This document shows, in pieces, positions 1 through 13,423 of a DNA stretch of 64,000 nt. Position numbers and translations under genes: made by a program. A model generated the notes under the pieces. That model had not been told where the DNA came from. It saw only the letters and a list, made by a program, of their open reading frames with translations, and ran no database searches. The stretch spans positions 38,254,001 through 38,318,000 of the forward strand of contig NC_043009.1 of NCBI RefSeq assembly GCF_006345805.1. Direction: 5' to 3'. Source of the stretch: Octopus sinensis. Its lineage: Eukaryota. The stretch's first letter is position 1. Each line of letters starts with the position of its first letter.

Positions 1-50
1 CTGTACTGTTACCTTTAACTTGAGACACTACTCTTATATTTACTGACAAT

Positions 51-707
51 TTGGTACGTTCCTCCATCTTTCTTTCATTCTACTAAATAAACAACCTCTA
101 TTTTGTAGACTCATCAGTTCGTATCCTATCTTGTTGGACACACCATTCTCTATCATGTTGGATTCATCAGTCTCAACCTTGTTGGACTCATGATTTAATA
201 GCTTGTTGGACTCATAAGCTAATATCTTGTTGGACTCGTGAGTCTCTTTCTTCTTGAACGCATCAGTTTCTATCATGCTAGACTCATGAGCATATATCCT
301 GTTGGGCTCACGAATCTCTATCATGCTGGATTCATCAGTATCTTGCTGGACTTATGAATCTCTATGATGTTGGACTCATGAGTTCTTTTGTTCTCGGGCA
401 CATCAGTCTCGATCTTGTACTCATCAATATCTTATTGGACTTGTGAACCTCTATTATGTTGGACTCATAAGCTAATATCTTGTTGGCTTCATGAGTCTCT
501 TTCTTCTTGAACATATCAGTTTCCATCATGCTAGACTCATGAACATATATCCTGTTGGGCCCGCGACACTCTATCCTGCTGGACTCATCAGTTTCTTGCT
601 GACCTTAGGACTCTCTATCTTGATGAACCCATCAATCTCAATCACATATGACTCTCGTGTCTCAATATTGTTTAATTTATCAAAGTCTATTCTGTTAGTC
701 TCACGAT
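51..707. repeat. Degenerate ~21-bp tandem repeat (core TGTTGGACTCATGA) with a ~253-bp higher-order duplication
   Basis: Recurrent (t)gttggactcat core; block gtctctttcttcttgaac at 242 and 495; 51-542 is recopied at 2810-3300. Confidence 0.8.
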
Positions 708-1887
708 GAGCCTTGGAAAAATTGATTGCGACAACTCATGAACAGCTTGTAAACTATATCTAGAGGTAAGCAGTAGGTCAATAATTTTCAGTCAAGAATT
801 TTCATAATTTCGTTACAAGATTTGTCTGTGTTGTGTTATATACACGAAATTTCAGTGATGATAGTAACGATGTCATACACTTTTGGTTACGTTAGTACGT
901 CTTTCCATAATACTTCTACAAACGTCAATAACTTTCTTAGAAACTAAACGTAATGTAATAAGCATTAAACTATTATCTCGCTTCTCGGCAGGTTCCCATT
1001 ACGCAGCTCCCCCCATAGCTTAAGTAAATATTTTCAGATTTTATGATATAAGTATTACTGTCAGTGTGGTTACATTGTTCCTTCTTGATTGTTATTAAAG
1101 CAATAATGTATTTCTGGGTGGAGGCCTTTCTTTTTTTTGTTTTTGTTTTTCTCTCTAGATCTGAAACTAGTATGATTTAAAATCTTCCTAAGGACGGGCT
1201 CGTTTTAAGGAGAGATTATTTTTCACCATTACCGTCATTCATCTTCCACTCGTTGTTATCTTTATCAGATACAATCATTGCTTGTTCTCATTAAGAGAGT
1301 AATTTCAATCAAATCTATTTTCTCAGCTCCATACGTTAAGTATGTAAACTACGTGTTCACGATTCGATGTATAACACGCAACTACATATGTCATACCGCA
1401 AAACTTATGTAACATAAAAATGTTATCCTATCATTAAGATAAGGATTGACAAACCTAACTCGAAATACTGATGCACAGATCAGAAGAGAAAGTTAGCTCT
1501 ATAACAAATATTATTTCAATAATTTTGGCAAATAGGGGAGACAACTTCGGGCATGTTTCAGTACTACTGGACTTCATCAGCGAAGCATCGATTTCACTGC
1601 AGTTACTGAAATAGTCATTAGAGAAATACGAAATGGCATGTAGAGGATTATACACGAACACAGATTAGTATGAAAGAAAAACAGTAAAATAAATAAAAAT
1701 GGTAAATCACTAATCTTAATGAGTCAAGGACGCTATCCGAACGAATAACAATAGTTAAGTTAGTATCAATACATTCCGTGTAGTGAGTATTAAGCATTTA
1801 GAAAGATATAACTTGTTTGCTGACAAAAATCTAGCATTAGCTCTATAACGTGACAAGACAAAATATAACTATTGTTCGATTAATAAA

Positions 1888-2016
1888 TTATTGGTGCGTT
1901 AACGTTGTATTAATATTTCGATACTATATAGTAATATTCAATACATTCATTTATTCATTCATTCATACATACATACGTACATACATACATACATACATAC
2001 ATACATACATACATGC

Positions 2017-2070
<54 letters not shown>

Positions 2071-2116
2071 GTCTATATTGTATTGATATAATAATACACT
2101 GTTAACGCACCAATAA
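1888..2116. mobile_element. Small inverted-repeat element (MITE-like) enclosing (TACA)n/(TA)n
   Basis: Perfect 16-bp IR ttattggtgcgttaac (1888-1903) / gttaacgcaccaataa (2101-2116), continuing imperfectly inward for ~28 bp. Confidence 0.5.
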
Positions 2117-2262
2117 TGTATACATACATACACACACACACACACATATATATGTATATATATATATATATATATATCATTTATCATATTTATATATATA
2201 TATATACATATATATATATCTATATATATATATATATGCATATATATACATGTGAGTGCGTG

Positions 2263-2296
<34 letters not shown>

Positions 2297-2452
2297 TGTG
2301 TCATATATATATATTCATATATTAGTATTTATTTATATATATATATGTATATACACATATATGTGTCATATATATATATTCATATATTAGTATTATATAT
2401 ATATATATATATGTATTACACATATATGTGTCATATATATATTCATATATTA

Positions 2453-2508
<56 letters not shown>

Positions 2509-2809
2509 ATATATACGTATATATATCTACAGAAATACACTGAACACACACACAAGCCCGCATATACTATTGTATCAAATATTAGTTAACAACGCTTCCC
2601 GTCACGAAAGTAAATTCGATACAAATAAAGAAACGAGTGAACGAAAGAGTAGATTATAACAAAGAATAGAATAAACACATTTATGAATGAACAGTTAAAT
2701 ATATGATTGAGAGGAATGATTGAATGAATGTTTGAATGAACGATTAGCAATATAAATAAATAAACGAAATCGTCGAGGATAAAGAGAAACACTTCTTTTA
2801 CGCGTATGT

Positions 2810-3300
2810 TTGGTACGTTCCTCCATCTTTCTTTCATTCTACTAAATAAACACCTCTATTTTGTCGACTCATCAGTTCGTATCCTATCTTGTTGGACACA
2901 CCATTCTCTATCATGTTGGACTCATCAGTCTCAACCTTGTTGGACTCATGATTTAATAGCTTGTTGGACTCATAAGCTAACATCTTGTTGGACTCGTGAC
3001 TCTCATTCTTCTTGAATGCATCAGTTTCTATCATGCTAGACGCATGAGCATATATGCTGTTGGGCTCACGAATCTCTATCATGCTGGATTCATCAGTATC
3101 TTGCTGGACTTATGAATCTCTATGATGTTGGACTCATGAGTTCTTTTGTTCTCGGGCACATCAGTCTCGATCTTGTACTCACCAATATCTTATTGGACTT
3201 GTGAACCTCTATTATGTTGGACTCATAAACTAATATCTTGTTGGCCTCATGAGTCTCTTTCTTCTTGAACACATCAGTTTCCATCATGCTAGACTCATGA
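2810..3300. repeat. Second direct copy of 51-542
   Basis: Starts with the same ttggtacgttcctccatctt and aligns nearly base for base to ...gctagactcatga at an offset of ~2759. Confidence 0.9.
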
Positions 3301-3468
3301 TGTAAAAACGTTGGTGTCACCTATGTGATTAATTGATCTGCTAAAAATAACGACTAGATTTAAATGGAAATGATATCCTATATTGGTTGTTAGGTAAGGA
3401 AAGAATATGTTGAATAACAGATAAGTGTCATTGATATGTTTAAGGAAACGGAGGCAGTCTCATGTAGA

Positions 3469-4260
3469 ATCATAGGTCTAACGGATCAAAATGGACGTGC
3501 GGCGATGTTTGCATCGCCGCCATCATTGTCATCATCGTCGTCGTTATCAATCATTATTACTCTCGCCGTCGTCGTCATCGTCCTCCTCCTCCTCCTCATC
3601 ATCATCATAGTCGTCGTCGTCGTCATCGTCATCATCATCATCATCATCATCATCCGCAGCAGCAGCAGCAGTTGCAGCCGTCCAAGAACCTGGAGGTTTT
3701 CCATTTCCAGCGACTTCGAGGGCCACTTCCCAGTGATGTCGGGCGTCAACGAAGAGCCCTCGACTACAACAAGACGACCAAAGTTGTTTTTTTCCGCAAG
3801 GTCTGGGGTCTCTCGCTCCTAAGTCCTAGACAATCACCTAATCACCCTTACCCGTCTTGTTACTTAACAACAACAACTGCAGCAGCAGCAGTAGCAGCAG
3901 CAGCAGCATCACCATCATAGGTCTAATGGACCAAAATATACTTGCGGCGATGTTTACATCATTGTCATCATCGTCGATGTCATCATCATCATCATTACCC
4001 TCGTTGTCATCGTTATCGTCATCGTCATTGTCATCATCGTCGTTGTCATCATCATCATCATTACCCTCGTTGTCATCGTTATCGTCATCGTCATTATCAT
4101 CATCGTCGTCGTCGTCGTCGTCGCCATCGTCATCATCATCGTCGTCGTCATCATCATCATCCTCATCACCATCATCCACCCCTTCCTCCTTCCTCCCTCC
4201 TCATCATCAGTTACCCACCATCATCACCACCACACCACCACCACTACCACCACCAAAAAT
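3469..4260. repeat. Two (CAT/CGT)n tracts, each preceded by the same ~48-bp unique leader
   Basis: atcataggtctaa(c/t)gga(t/c)caaaat...tgcggcgatgttt at 3469 and 3914. Confidence 0.75.
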
Positions 4261-4471
4261 GCAATCATAGGAGAAAACTGTTTAGTAACAGTCCTTAAGC
4301 GTTTTGCAAATTGTCATGAGTGTGGTTGAAGATTCTTACAGCGAAGTTTTTGATAGCAAAAACTGAATATAAAAAGAAAAGTTCTTCGTCCTTCGTAAGT
4401 CATTGAGTTTTTTTACTGTCTAAAACATGCTGAATTTACTCTCAAAACCCTTCATCGTAGCAAACATCACA

Positions 4472-4677
4472 TCACTGGATTTATTGAAATCTTTCGATCT
4501 AATATTAAGTTCATTCAGGCTCGATAAAAAACCTTCGAATAACCTAAGTTTATAGCGCCTGACAAAATCCTTCACTAGATTTATTGAAACCTTTCGATCT
4601 CATATTAAGTTCATTCAGGCCCGATAAAAAAAACCTTCGAATAACCTAAGTTTATAGCGCTCGACAAAATCATTCAC
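4472..4677. repeat. ~100-bp tandem duplication (2 copies)
   Basis: tcact(g/a)gatttattgaaa...ttatagcgc...gacaaaatc starts at 4472 and 4572. Confidence 0.85.
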
Positions 4678-4794
4678 AGAGGAACATCATACTCTGTGAT
4701 TTTTGTATTTTAAAATAATCCAATTCCAGTTCTTCATGAAATCGTCTTAGAATTTTACCACACTTCAACTACTGCTCACGTTCTTTTCTACTAT

Positions 4795-4993
4795 AGACAC
4801 ATGGCCTGAAATTTAAGGGAGGGATCTAGTCGATTACATCGACCCCAGTGTTTCACTGGTTCTTATTTTATCGACCTCGAAAGGATGAAAGGCAAAATCG
4901 ACCTCGGTAGAATTTGAACTCAGAGCGTAATGATGGACGAAATGTTGCTAAGCATTTCTCCCGGCATGCTAACGATTGCGCCAGCTCACCGCC
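4795..4993 (-). mobile_element. SINE family A (tRNA-like head ggcggcgagctggcagaatcgttagc; central gtcgactttgcctttcatcctttcggggtcgataaa)
   Basis: Reverse-complement match to many copies in the window (5037, 12153, 27897, 40201, 47660, 55465, 56390, 61530). The central block resembles the Meta/MESC-type SINE domain from memory. Confidence 0.85.
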
Positions 4994-5036
4994 TTTAACT
5001 GCCGTTTACATTAATATACCATTGTGAACCGATTTA

Positions 5037-5258
5037 GGGCGGTGAGGTAGCAGAATCGTAGGCATTTCGGGCAAAATGCTTTGCGATATTTCATCCGTCT
5101 TTATGTTCCGAGTTCAAATTCCACCAAGGTTGACCCCACCTTTCTCCCTCCGGGGTCGATAAAATAAGTACCAACTAAGCACTGTGGTTGATGTAATCGA
5201 CTTAAGCTTCCCCCCCAAAATTGCTGCCCTTGTTTCAAAATTGAAAACCAATATACCA
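5037..5258 (+). mobile_element. SINE family A copy
   Basis: Head, B-box-like gagttcaaattcc and central domain all present. Confidence 0.85.
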
Positions 5259-6057
5259 TTGTAAGCCGATTTAAATTCATTGAAAATATACTAAATTCTC
5301 GTATATGAAAATCCCTAGCAGCTATCGTACTGGCTCTCTTTGTCATAACCGTCATCACATCATAAATTTGTAAAACCTTACTTTTGTACATAGTTTGTCT
5401 TCATGTATAATGATAGAAAAAATAAAAATAAAAAGACGACCATCAGTTTCTATAAATTACTTTACAAAATTTATAGTTTACGGACCTAATATATAAGGAG
5501 CACCACATTAAGAGTACCATATCAGGGTTGGGTTACCATCAGTCGTCATCGAAATTATTTTTAATAAATATCTAACAGTTTTGTGCGATATATATATATT
5601 TAACACCATCACACGTTTTCTTGACTTATTCAGAAGTATTTTAACTTGATTCTTCGTTGAAAATGTTGTGCTACACTACCTAATCGAGTTGTTGATGAAT
5701 TATGTGGTCTCATCGAGAAATATATATATAAAAATCCAGCTATTTCAAATGTTCTTGAATTAGATTTTCTATATTAGATTCATTTTTCATAACTTTTATC
5801 TTAAACATAACTTCTCTTCATTGTTAAGTAATTCACACAATATATAATGGTTTATGATTTAATTTGTGATACTTCTAATAGCATCCTTATTATGAAAGTT
5901 ATCGAATAGACATTATACACATCTGACTCAAGACAAAGGAACGTAGCCTAATGGTTAGGGTGTAGGTTCAATTCCGGATTGGGCAGCGCTTTGTGTCACT
6001 GAGCAAGACACTTCGTTTAACCAGATTTAGTTTGGGTTTGTCATGAACAGCAGAGGT

Positions 6058-6370
6058 GGAGGCGCCATGGCCCAGTGGTTAGGGCAGCGGACTCGCGGTC
6101 GATGGACTGCAGCTTCGATTCCCAGACCGGGCGTTGTGTATGTTTATTGAGCGAAAACACCTAAAATTTCCACGAGGCTCCGGCAGGGGGTGGTGGCGAC
6201 CCCTGTTGTACTCTTTCGCCACAACTTTCTCTCACACTCTCTTCCTGTTTCTTGAGGAACGCTGCGATGGACTGGCGTCCAGTCAAGCTGGGGGGGGGGA
6301 CACATACGCCACAGAAACCGGGAAACCGGGAAACCGGGCCCATGAACCTGGCTAGGCTTGAAAAGGGCGA
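6058..6370 (+). mobile_element. SINE family B (tRNA head, gcgatggactggcgtcc(tg)tccagc body)
   Basis: A box tggcccagtgg and B box gcttcgattccc. Near-identical copies at 41362, 31948-32639 and 42310. The body motif is reminiscent of V-SINE-type sequences. Confidence 0.85.
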
Positions 6371-7142
6371 CGTTTATGAATAGCATAACTCATAAAGCCG
6401 GAGCTTAAGCCGGTTTCCATGGCAATAAGTCACTGAGATTACACTTATCTCCACCGTCTTCTCAGCTGAAAAATGAATACTTACCGAGTGCTGGTGTAGC
6501 TCCCTCTTCCTCCTGCTGTTATATCGTAGAAATATCATTGAGTCAAAGAGTGAAGGAGTCAAGGGTGGGTCTACGTCTATTCGCGCTACCCAGGCATCGA
6601 AAACAATTAGCGAAAGCATGGTGCAAGTTATCAAGGCATACTACATTGCGGCTGGCGGCTGGCTCATTTAACTCAATAATTTAGTTATATTCAGAGTGGA
6701 GAGCATAATATTTTTAATTTATTCAACGTTCAACTGGTACTTTAGGTAGAACTGGATACGCCATACAAAGTGCCTTGATTCTGTGGTATCTTAACCACGT
6801 AAGGAGGTGCAAACTGCAATGCAGGCAGTATCAGAGAATGTGGCAAAGTAAGGATAGGCAAGTGACATGATGTGTATGCGGTCCGACCTCCTTAGAGTGT
6901 AAGGAGTCAAGGGCCGAAATACTTACATGGTGGGGGCGGGACATTTTTCTCCAAAGACCTCTGTACAGTTCTCCCTAGAGTTACTTACTCTCTTCTCAGC
7001 ATGAGGAATTTCGCATCTACGATCGCTGTAAACGGAGTCTCTAGGTAGCATGCCGACCTGCTAAGAATAGCACCCAAATCTTCCGTTAATCATATCCTTC
7101 TGTCGTGTTGCAACTTTTGTAAATATGCACGTACGTACGTAC

Positions 7143-7173
<31 letters not shown>

Positions 7174-7221
7174 TGTATGTATGTATGTATGTATGTATGT
7201 ATGTATGTATGTAGTTACTCC

Positions 7222-7418
7222 AAACATGAACAAAGAGAAAACACAACAACGCGAGGACGTGGAACAAGTATAGTGTTATTGGACGCTCAGGAAATGAAAG
7301 AAAGAAGGACGATTTAACGTTTCGAGCGGAGCCCTTCGTCGGAAACATAGAAAAAGGAAAGATCCAAGGAAGGGAAGATGGAGAAAGAAAATCGCCAACG
7401 ATATACACGTGGTCACAT
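7222..7418 (-). mobile_element. Short non-coding element carrying a minimal hammerhead-like motif (PLE-end-like)
   Basis: Homologous to 23342-23560 and 36331-36497; flanked by microsatellites. Confidence 0.7.
7312..7346 (-). ncRNA. Minimal type I hammerhead-like motif, U4C variant
   Basis: Minus strand: gttt-CCGACGA-a-gggc-tcc-gctc-GAAA-cgu-u-aaat. Stems I and II are retained through G-U wobbles. Confidence 0.5.
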
Positions 7419-7606
7419 GCCCATGAATATATATATGTATATGCGTGTCTTGTTGTATGTATGCATTTCCATGACTATATATGTATGTGTATATGTATGC
7501 ATCTACATACGTTTGTATGTATCTGTGTGTAAGTATATATATATATCGCCATGATAGATCGTTAGCCACTACACACATTTTTTCTCTCCTTGTTTTTTCT
7601 GTGTCC

Positions 7607-7642
7607 CTTTCTGTAGAAGAGCGTAGGCTCGAAACGTAAAAG
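7607..7642 (+). ncRNA. Minimal type I hammerhead-like motif, A6U variant, in a related short element (~7548-7735)
   Basis: cttt-CTGTAGA-a-gagc-gtag-gctc-GAAA-cg-TA-aaag: stem I cttt/aaag, stem II gagc/gctc, GUA triplet. Confidence 0.45.
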
Positions 7643-8340
7643 ACTTTTTCTATTCCTGAGCGTTATACTAATACATCTGTTTGTTTTGTACATCACCTGA
7701 CTTCGTCTTTTGTTTTTTTCGTAAACTCTCCCAATATATGTATATATGTACATATTTGTATGAGTGTGTGTGTTTATGTGTGTGTCTGTGTGTATGTATG
7801 CATGCATACCCTTTTTTACTGACGACACCAAAACTCCAACGAAGAAACAAACGACTCGGTGTTGTTGTTGTTGGTGTTGGCGTTGGTGGTAGTCGGTGAT
7901 AAATTAAGTTGAAACTGTCAAGTTCAGCGGTAGATGTGCAGCAATGAGATCGAATCATCTCGCAAGGAAAATGTAAACGATATTTTGCGAGGACAACGTG
8001 CTTTAAGTGAGTTGAATGGATTCAATATGACACGAAATCTACGTATAGACGGAAACATGTGGAGACATTGCAATGGGGAACTTATGGTTTAACTTTGCCC
8101 CAACACAGGACATGTGGATGGTGTTTTTGTTTCTTTTGTTTTTACAGGCAAAATAACATTAATACGGAGTTGTTAAAATGACTGACAGACGCACAGAAAT
8201 TTATACATGCATACAGACTCCAACATAGTCTATGTACATGTGCATGCGCACGCAGGCAGACATGTACACATGTAACTCATACGCACACATCCGATCGTGA
8301 ATCGCTCACAAAAGTGTCTCATGTTTCATGTGTTAGAATG

Positions 8341-8344
8341 CATG

Positions 8345-8376
<32 letters not shown>

Positions 8377-8800
8377 TGTATGTATGTACGTATGTATGTA
8401 TGTATGTATGTATGTATGTACGTATGTATGTACGTATGTATGTATGTATGTATGTATGTATGTATGTATGTATGTATGGATGGATGTATGTATGCATGTA
8501 TGTATGTATGTATGTATGTATGTATTATGTATGTATGTATGTATGTATGTATGTGTGTATGTATGTATGTGTGTATGTATGTATGTATGTATTATGTATG
8601 TATGTATGTATGTATGTATTATGTATGTATGTATGTATGTATGTATGTATGTATGTATGTATGGATGGATGGATGGATGGATGTATGCATGTATGTATAT
8701 ATGTATGTATGTATGTGTGTATGTATGTATGCATGCATGTATGTATGTATGTACGTACGTACGAATGTATGTATTATGTATGTATGAATGTCCATGAATA
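8341..8800. repeat. (TATG)n microsatellite array
   Basis: Direct reading. Confidence 0.95.
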
Positions 8801-8981
8801 TGTATGTGTATATTTATATATGTTCATAAATACGTATGTGTGTGTGTATATATATATATGTGTGTGTGTGTATATGCATCTATGTATGTGTATGTGTATC
8901 TACATATGCATGTAAGTATGTATGTGCATATGCCTGTGAGTAAGTATTTACCTGCCGCTGTATGCATGTCTGTATGTATGC

Positions 8982-9027
<46 letters not shown>

Positions 9028-9127
9028 GTGTATGTGTGTATGTATGCATGTTTATGAGTGTAAGTCTATGAGCGTGTTTACATGTATATGCTTATATTAA
9101 TATGTATGATGTACACACACACACACA

Positions 9128-9170
<43 letters not shown>

Positions 9171-9474
9171 ATATATATATACATGTGTGTATTCTTGTGA
9201 GTATGTATATATGTGTATCTGTGTACATATATTGTGTGTGTGAAAGGACGTACATGTGTATGTGCATATATATATATTATGGGCATGTATATGTGAGTAT
9301 GTATCTATATACGTGTGTGTTCTCCGCGCAAAGAAAGCAAGCTGTTTATCAGCTGTGGTTCGTCCCTAGTTTTTATCATTTACACCAGTACTCATTTTTA
9401 TTTATTTACTCGACTAACCTTTCCTCTCGTTCCTCGCCAGAAAGACGACGGCTGTAATATATCAGTAAGCCGCT

Positions 9475-9527
<53 letters not shown>

Positions 9528-9821
9528 GAAGAGAGAGAGAGAGAGAATGAGATGAGAGATAGAGATAGAGAGGGAGGGAGGGAGAGAGTATGTGTGTAGG
9601 GGTAGACGTATAGATTTCGTAAGGATTAAAAGTTGTTTTACAGCTTCTTGTGCCATGTGTTGGCTATATTTGACTGGTTGGTTTGCTGGTTGGCTAGATG
9701 GTTGGTTGGTCGGTTGGTTACTCAACCGCTTAGCAGAAATATTTCAACTGTTAAGTATGGAAAATATCACAGCTCAAACTGTCCCCACAAATATATCCCG
9801 CAAATATATCCTACTTTTTAA

Positions 9822-10275
9822 AGACGATGACGATGATAATGATGGTTAAAATGATGACGATGATGATGATGGTGACGACGACGGCGACGACTATGATAAT
9901 GACGATGATGATGTCGATGATGACGATGACGATGACGGTGATGATGTCGATGATGACGACGATGGTGTTGATAATCGACATCAAGTTATCGGCATTTACG
10001 ATGATTATGATGATTATGATAATGCGGCGATGTTGGCATTGATGTTAATGTTCACGACAACGTTGATGACAGCAACGATGACGACGACGACGACGACCTC
10101 ACGTGCCGACAACAATCATAACGATCACGATAACGATCCTGATGATGATGATGATTATGATGATGATGATGATTATGGCGATGGCGATGATGATGACGAT
10201 GATGATAATGATGACGACGATGATGATGATGATGATGACGATGATGATAATGATGATGATGATAATGATGACGAC

Positions 10276-10331
<56 letters not shown>

Positions 10332-10431
10332 GGGTGAGGATGATGACGATGACGATGATGATGATGATGATGATGATGATAATGATGACGACGATGATGA
10401 TGATAATGATGATGATGATAATGATGACGAC

Positions 10432-10481
<50 letters not shown>

Positions 10482-10530
10482 GGGTGGTGATGATGACGAT
10501 GATGAGATGATGATGATGATGATGAGGGTG

Positions 10531-10582
<52 letters not shown>

Positions 10583-10790
10583 CGATGACGATGATGATGA
10601 CGATGATGATAATGATGACGATGATGATGTTGATGATGATAATGATTATGATAATGATGACGATGATGATGATGAGGAGTAGGTGGACGAGGATGATGAT
10701 GATGATGCCGATGATGATGACGACGACGATGATGATGATGATGATGGTGATGATTATGATTGCGATGATGATGATGATGATGATGACAAC

Positions 10791-10825
<35 letters not shown>

Positions 10826-11793
10826 CAACGATGATGATGATGACGATGATTATGATGATGATGATGATGACGATGATGATGACGATGATGATGATGATGA
10901 TGATGATTACGACGATGACGATGATGATGACGATGATGATAATGATGACGATGATGATGATGATGACGATGATGATAATGATGATGATGATAATGATGAT
11001 GATGATGACGATGATGACGATGATGACGATGATGATAATGATTATGATAATGATGACGATGATGATGATGAGGAGGAGGTGGACGAGGAGGATGATGATG
11101 ATGCCGATGATGATGACGACGACGATGATGATGATGATGATGGTGATGATTATGATTGCGATGATGATGATGATGATGATGACAACGATGATGACGATGA
11201 TGATGATGATGATGACAACGATGATGATGATGACGATGATTATGATGATGATGATGATGACAACGATGATGATGACGATGATGATGATGATGATGATGAC
11301 AACGATGATGACGATGATGATAACGATGATGACGATGATGATAATGATGATGATTACGATGATGACGATGATGATGATGATGATGACAACGATGATGATG
11401 ATGACGATGATTATGAAGATGATGATGATGACGATGATGATGATGAGGATGATGATGATGACAACGATGATGACGATGATGATAACGATGATGACGATGA
11501 TGATAACGATGATGACGATGATGATAATGATGATGACGATGATGATAACGATGATGACGATGATGATAATGATGATGATTACGATGATGACGATGATGAT
11601 GATGATGATGACAACGATGATGATGATGACGATGATTATGAAGATGATGATGATGACGATGATGATGATGAGGATGATGATGATGACAACGATGATGACG
11701 ATGATGATAACGATGATGATGATGATGATAACGATGATGACGATGATGATAACGATGATGACGATGATGATAACGATGATGACGATGATGATA

Positions 11794-11832
<39 letters not shown>

Positions 11833-12025
11833 GTGATGATGGTGATGATTATGATTGCGATGATGACGCCAACGATGCTCATGATAATAATGTCAATGAC
11901 AACGAAACTGATGATGATCTTAATTACGATCACGATAATGGCGACGATTACGATGACGACGATAAAAAAAAAACGGTGATTGCTGGAGTTAGTAATGATG
12001 AAGAATGACAACGACAACGACGACT
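9822..12025. repeat. ~2.2-kb cryptic (GAT/GAC/AAC)n array with higher-order block duplications
   Basis: Marker gtggacgagg at 10683 and 11079; gattatgaagatgat recurs ~225 bp apart at ~11.4 and ~11.6 kb. Confidence 0.9.
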
Positions 12026-12152
12026 TCGTGACGGCAATGCTAAAGATTGATCACAGCTGATGCTTATATTGAAGTTTTATTATCAATTGTAATAAAGGCG
12101 CTTTCACAGTTGATACTAGAAAAGTGACAACACAACGGAAAACCACAGAACC

Positions 12153-12564
12153 GAGCTGGCAGAAACGTTAGCACGCCGGGCGAAATGCTTAGCAGTATTT
12201 CGTCTGCCGTTACGTTGTGAGTTCAAATTCCGCCGAGGTCGACTTTGCCTTTCATCCTTTCGGGGTCGATAAATTAAGTACCAGTTACGCACTGGGGGTC
12301 GATGTAATCGACTTAATACCTATGTCTGTCCATGTTTGTCTCCTCTATGTTTAGCCCCTTGTCGGGTAATAAAGAAATAGGTATTTCGTCTGCGTTACGT
12401 TGTGAGTTCAAATTCCGCCGAGGTTGACTTTGCCTTTCATCCTTTCGGGGTCGATAAATAAAATACCAGTTACGCACTAAGGGTCGATGTAATCGACTTA
12501 ATACCTATGTCTGTTCTTGTTTGTCCGCTCTGTGTTTAGCCCCTTGTGGGTAGTAAAGAAATAG
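12153..12564 (+). mobile_element. SINE A partial tandem dimer flanked by one ~15-bp TSD
   Basis: The first copy's tail gaaatagg joins internal tatttcgtctg of a second, 5'-truncated copy. Flanks are aaaaccacagaacc (to 12152) and aaaaccacagtacc (to 12580). Confidence 0.8.
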
Positions 12565-12714
12565 GAAAAACCACAGTACCTTGCTTTCCCTTAAAACGGG
12601 GGTCGAGCTGATCAAATGTATTGTTTTAGTAGATATAAATGATTGTGTGAGTGTATTTATGTGTATGTGTGTTTGTAGGTGTGTAAGACAGTGATATATA
12701 GTAAATATATACTC

Positions 12715-12987
12715 TTTTACTCTTTTACTCTTTGTTTCAGTCATTTGACTGTGGCCATGCGGGAGCACCGCCTTTTAGTTGAGCAAATCGACCGCAGGAC
12801 TTATTCTTTGTAAGCCTAGTACTTATTCTATCGGTACTCTTTTGCCGAACCGCAAAGTTACGGGGACGTGAACACACCAGTATCGGTTGTCAAGCGAGTT
12901 GTTGTGGGGGGGGCAAACATAGACACACAAGCATACAACACACACACATACACACACACATACACACACACAACACACACACACACT

Positions 12988-13044
<57 letters not shown>

Positions 13045-13095
13045 TAATGGGCGTCCTTTCAGTTTCCGTCTACCAAATCCACTCGCAAGACACAC
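12715..13095 (-). mobile_element. SINE family C (CORE-type) fragment with internal microsatellite
   Basis: 3' segment tttcagtcatttgactg(c/t)ggccatgc... plus ctttcagtttccgtctaccaaatccactc. Confidence 0.8.
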
Positions 13096-13135
13096 AAATC
13101 CACATCATATATATTTATATAATTATATATATATC

Positions 13136-13169
<34 letters not shown>

Positions 13170-13195
13170 TATATATGTGTGTATATATATGTATA

Positions 13196-13250
<55 letters not shown>

Positions 13251-13353
13251 TTATGTATGTACATATGTACCTATCTATATACGTCTGTCTTCATGTAAAT
13301 ATGTAACGTTTATAAACTTACATATGTGCCTATATATCTATATGTATATACAT

Positions 13354-13423
<70 letters not shown>

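Noticed and set aside
6058-6135. tRNA-like sequence
   Set aside because: SINE heads with A/B boxes followed by SINE bodies; no complete cloverleaf.
8297-8915. YVCM/HTYI-type ORFs here and throughout the window
   Set aside because: Microsatellite translations.
10030-12017. Long poly-Met, poly-Asp and poly-Ile ORFs (441-649 aa)
   Set aside because: Translations of a (GAT)n array that lacks stops in several frames by composition; the reading frame is not maintained.
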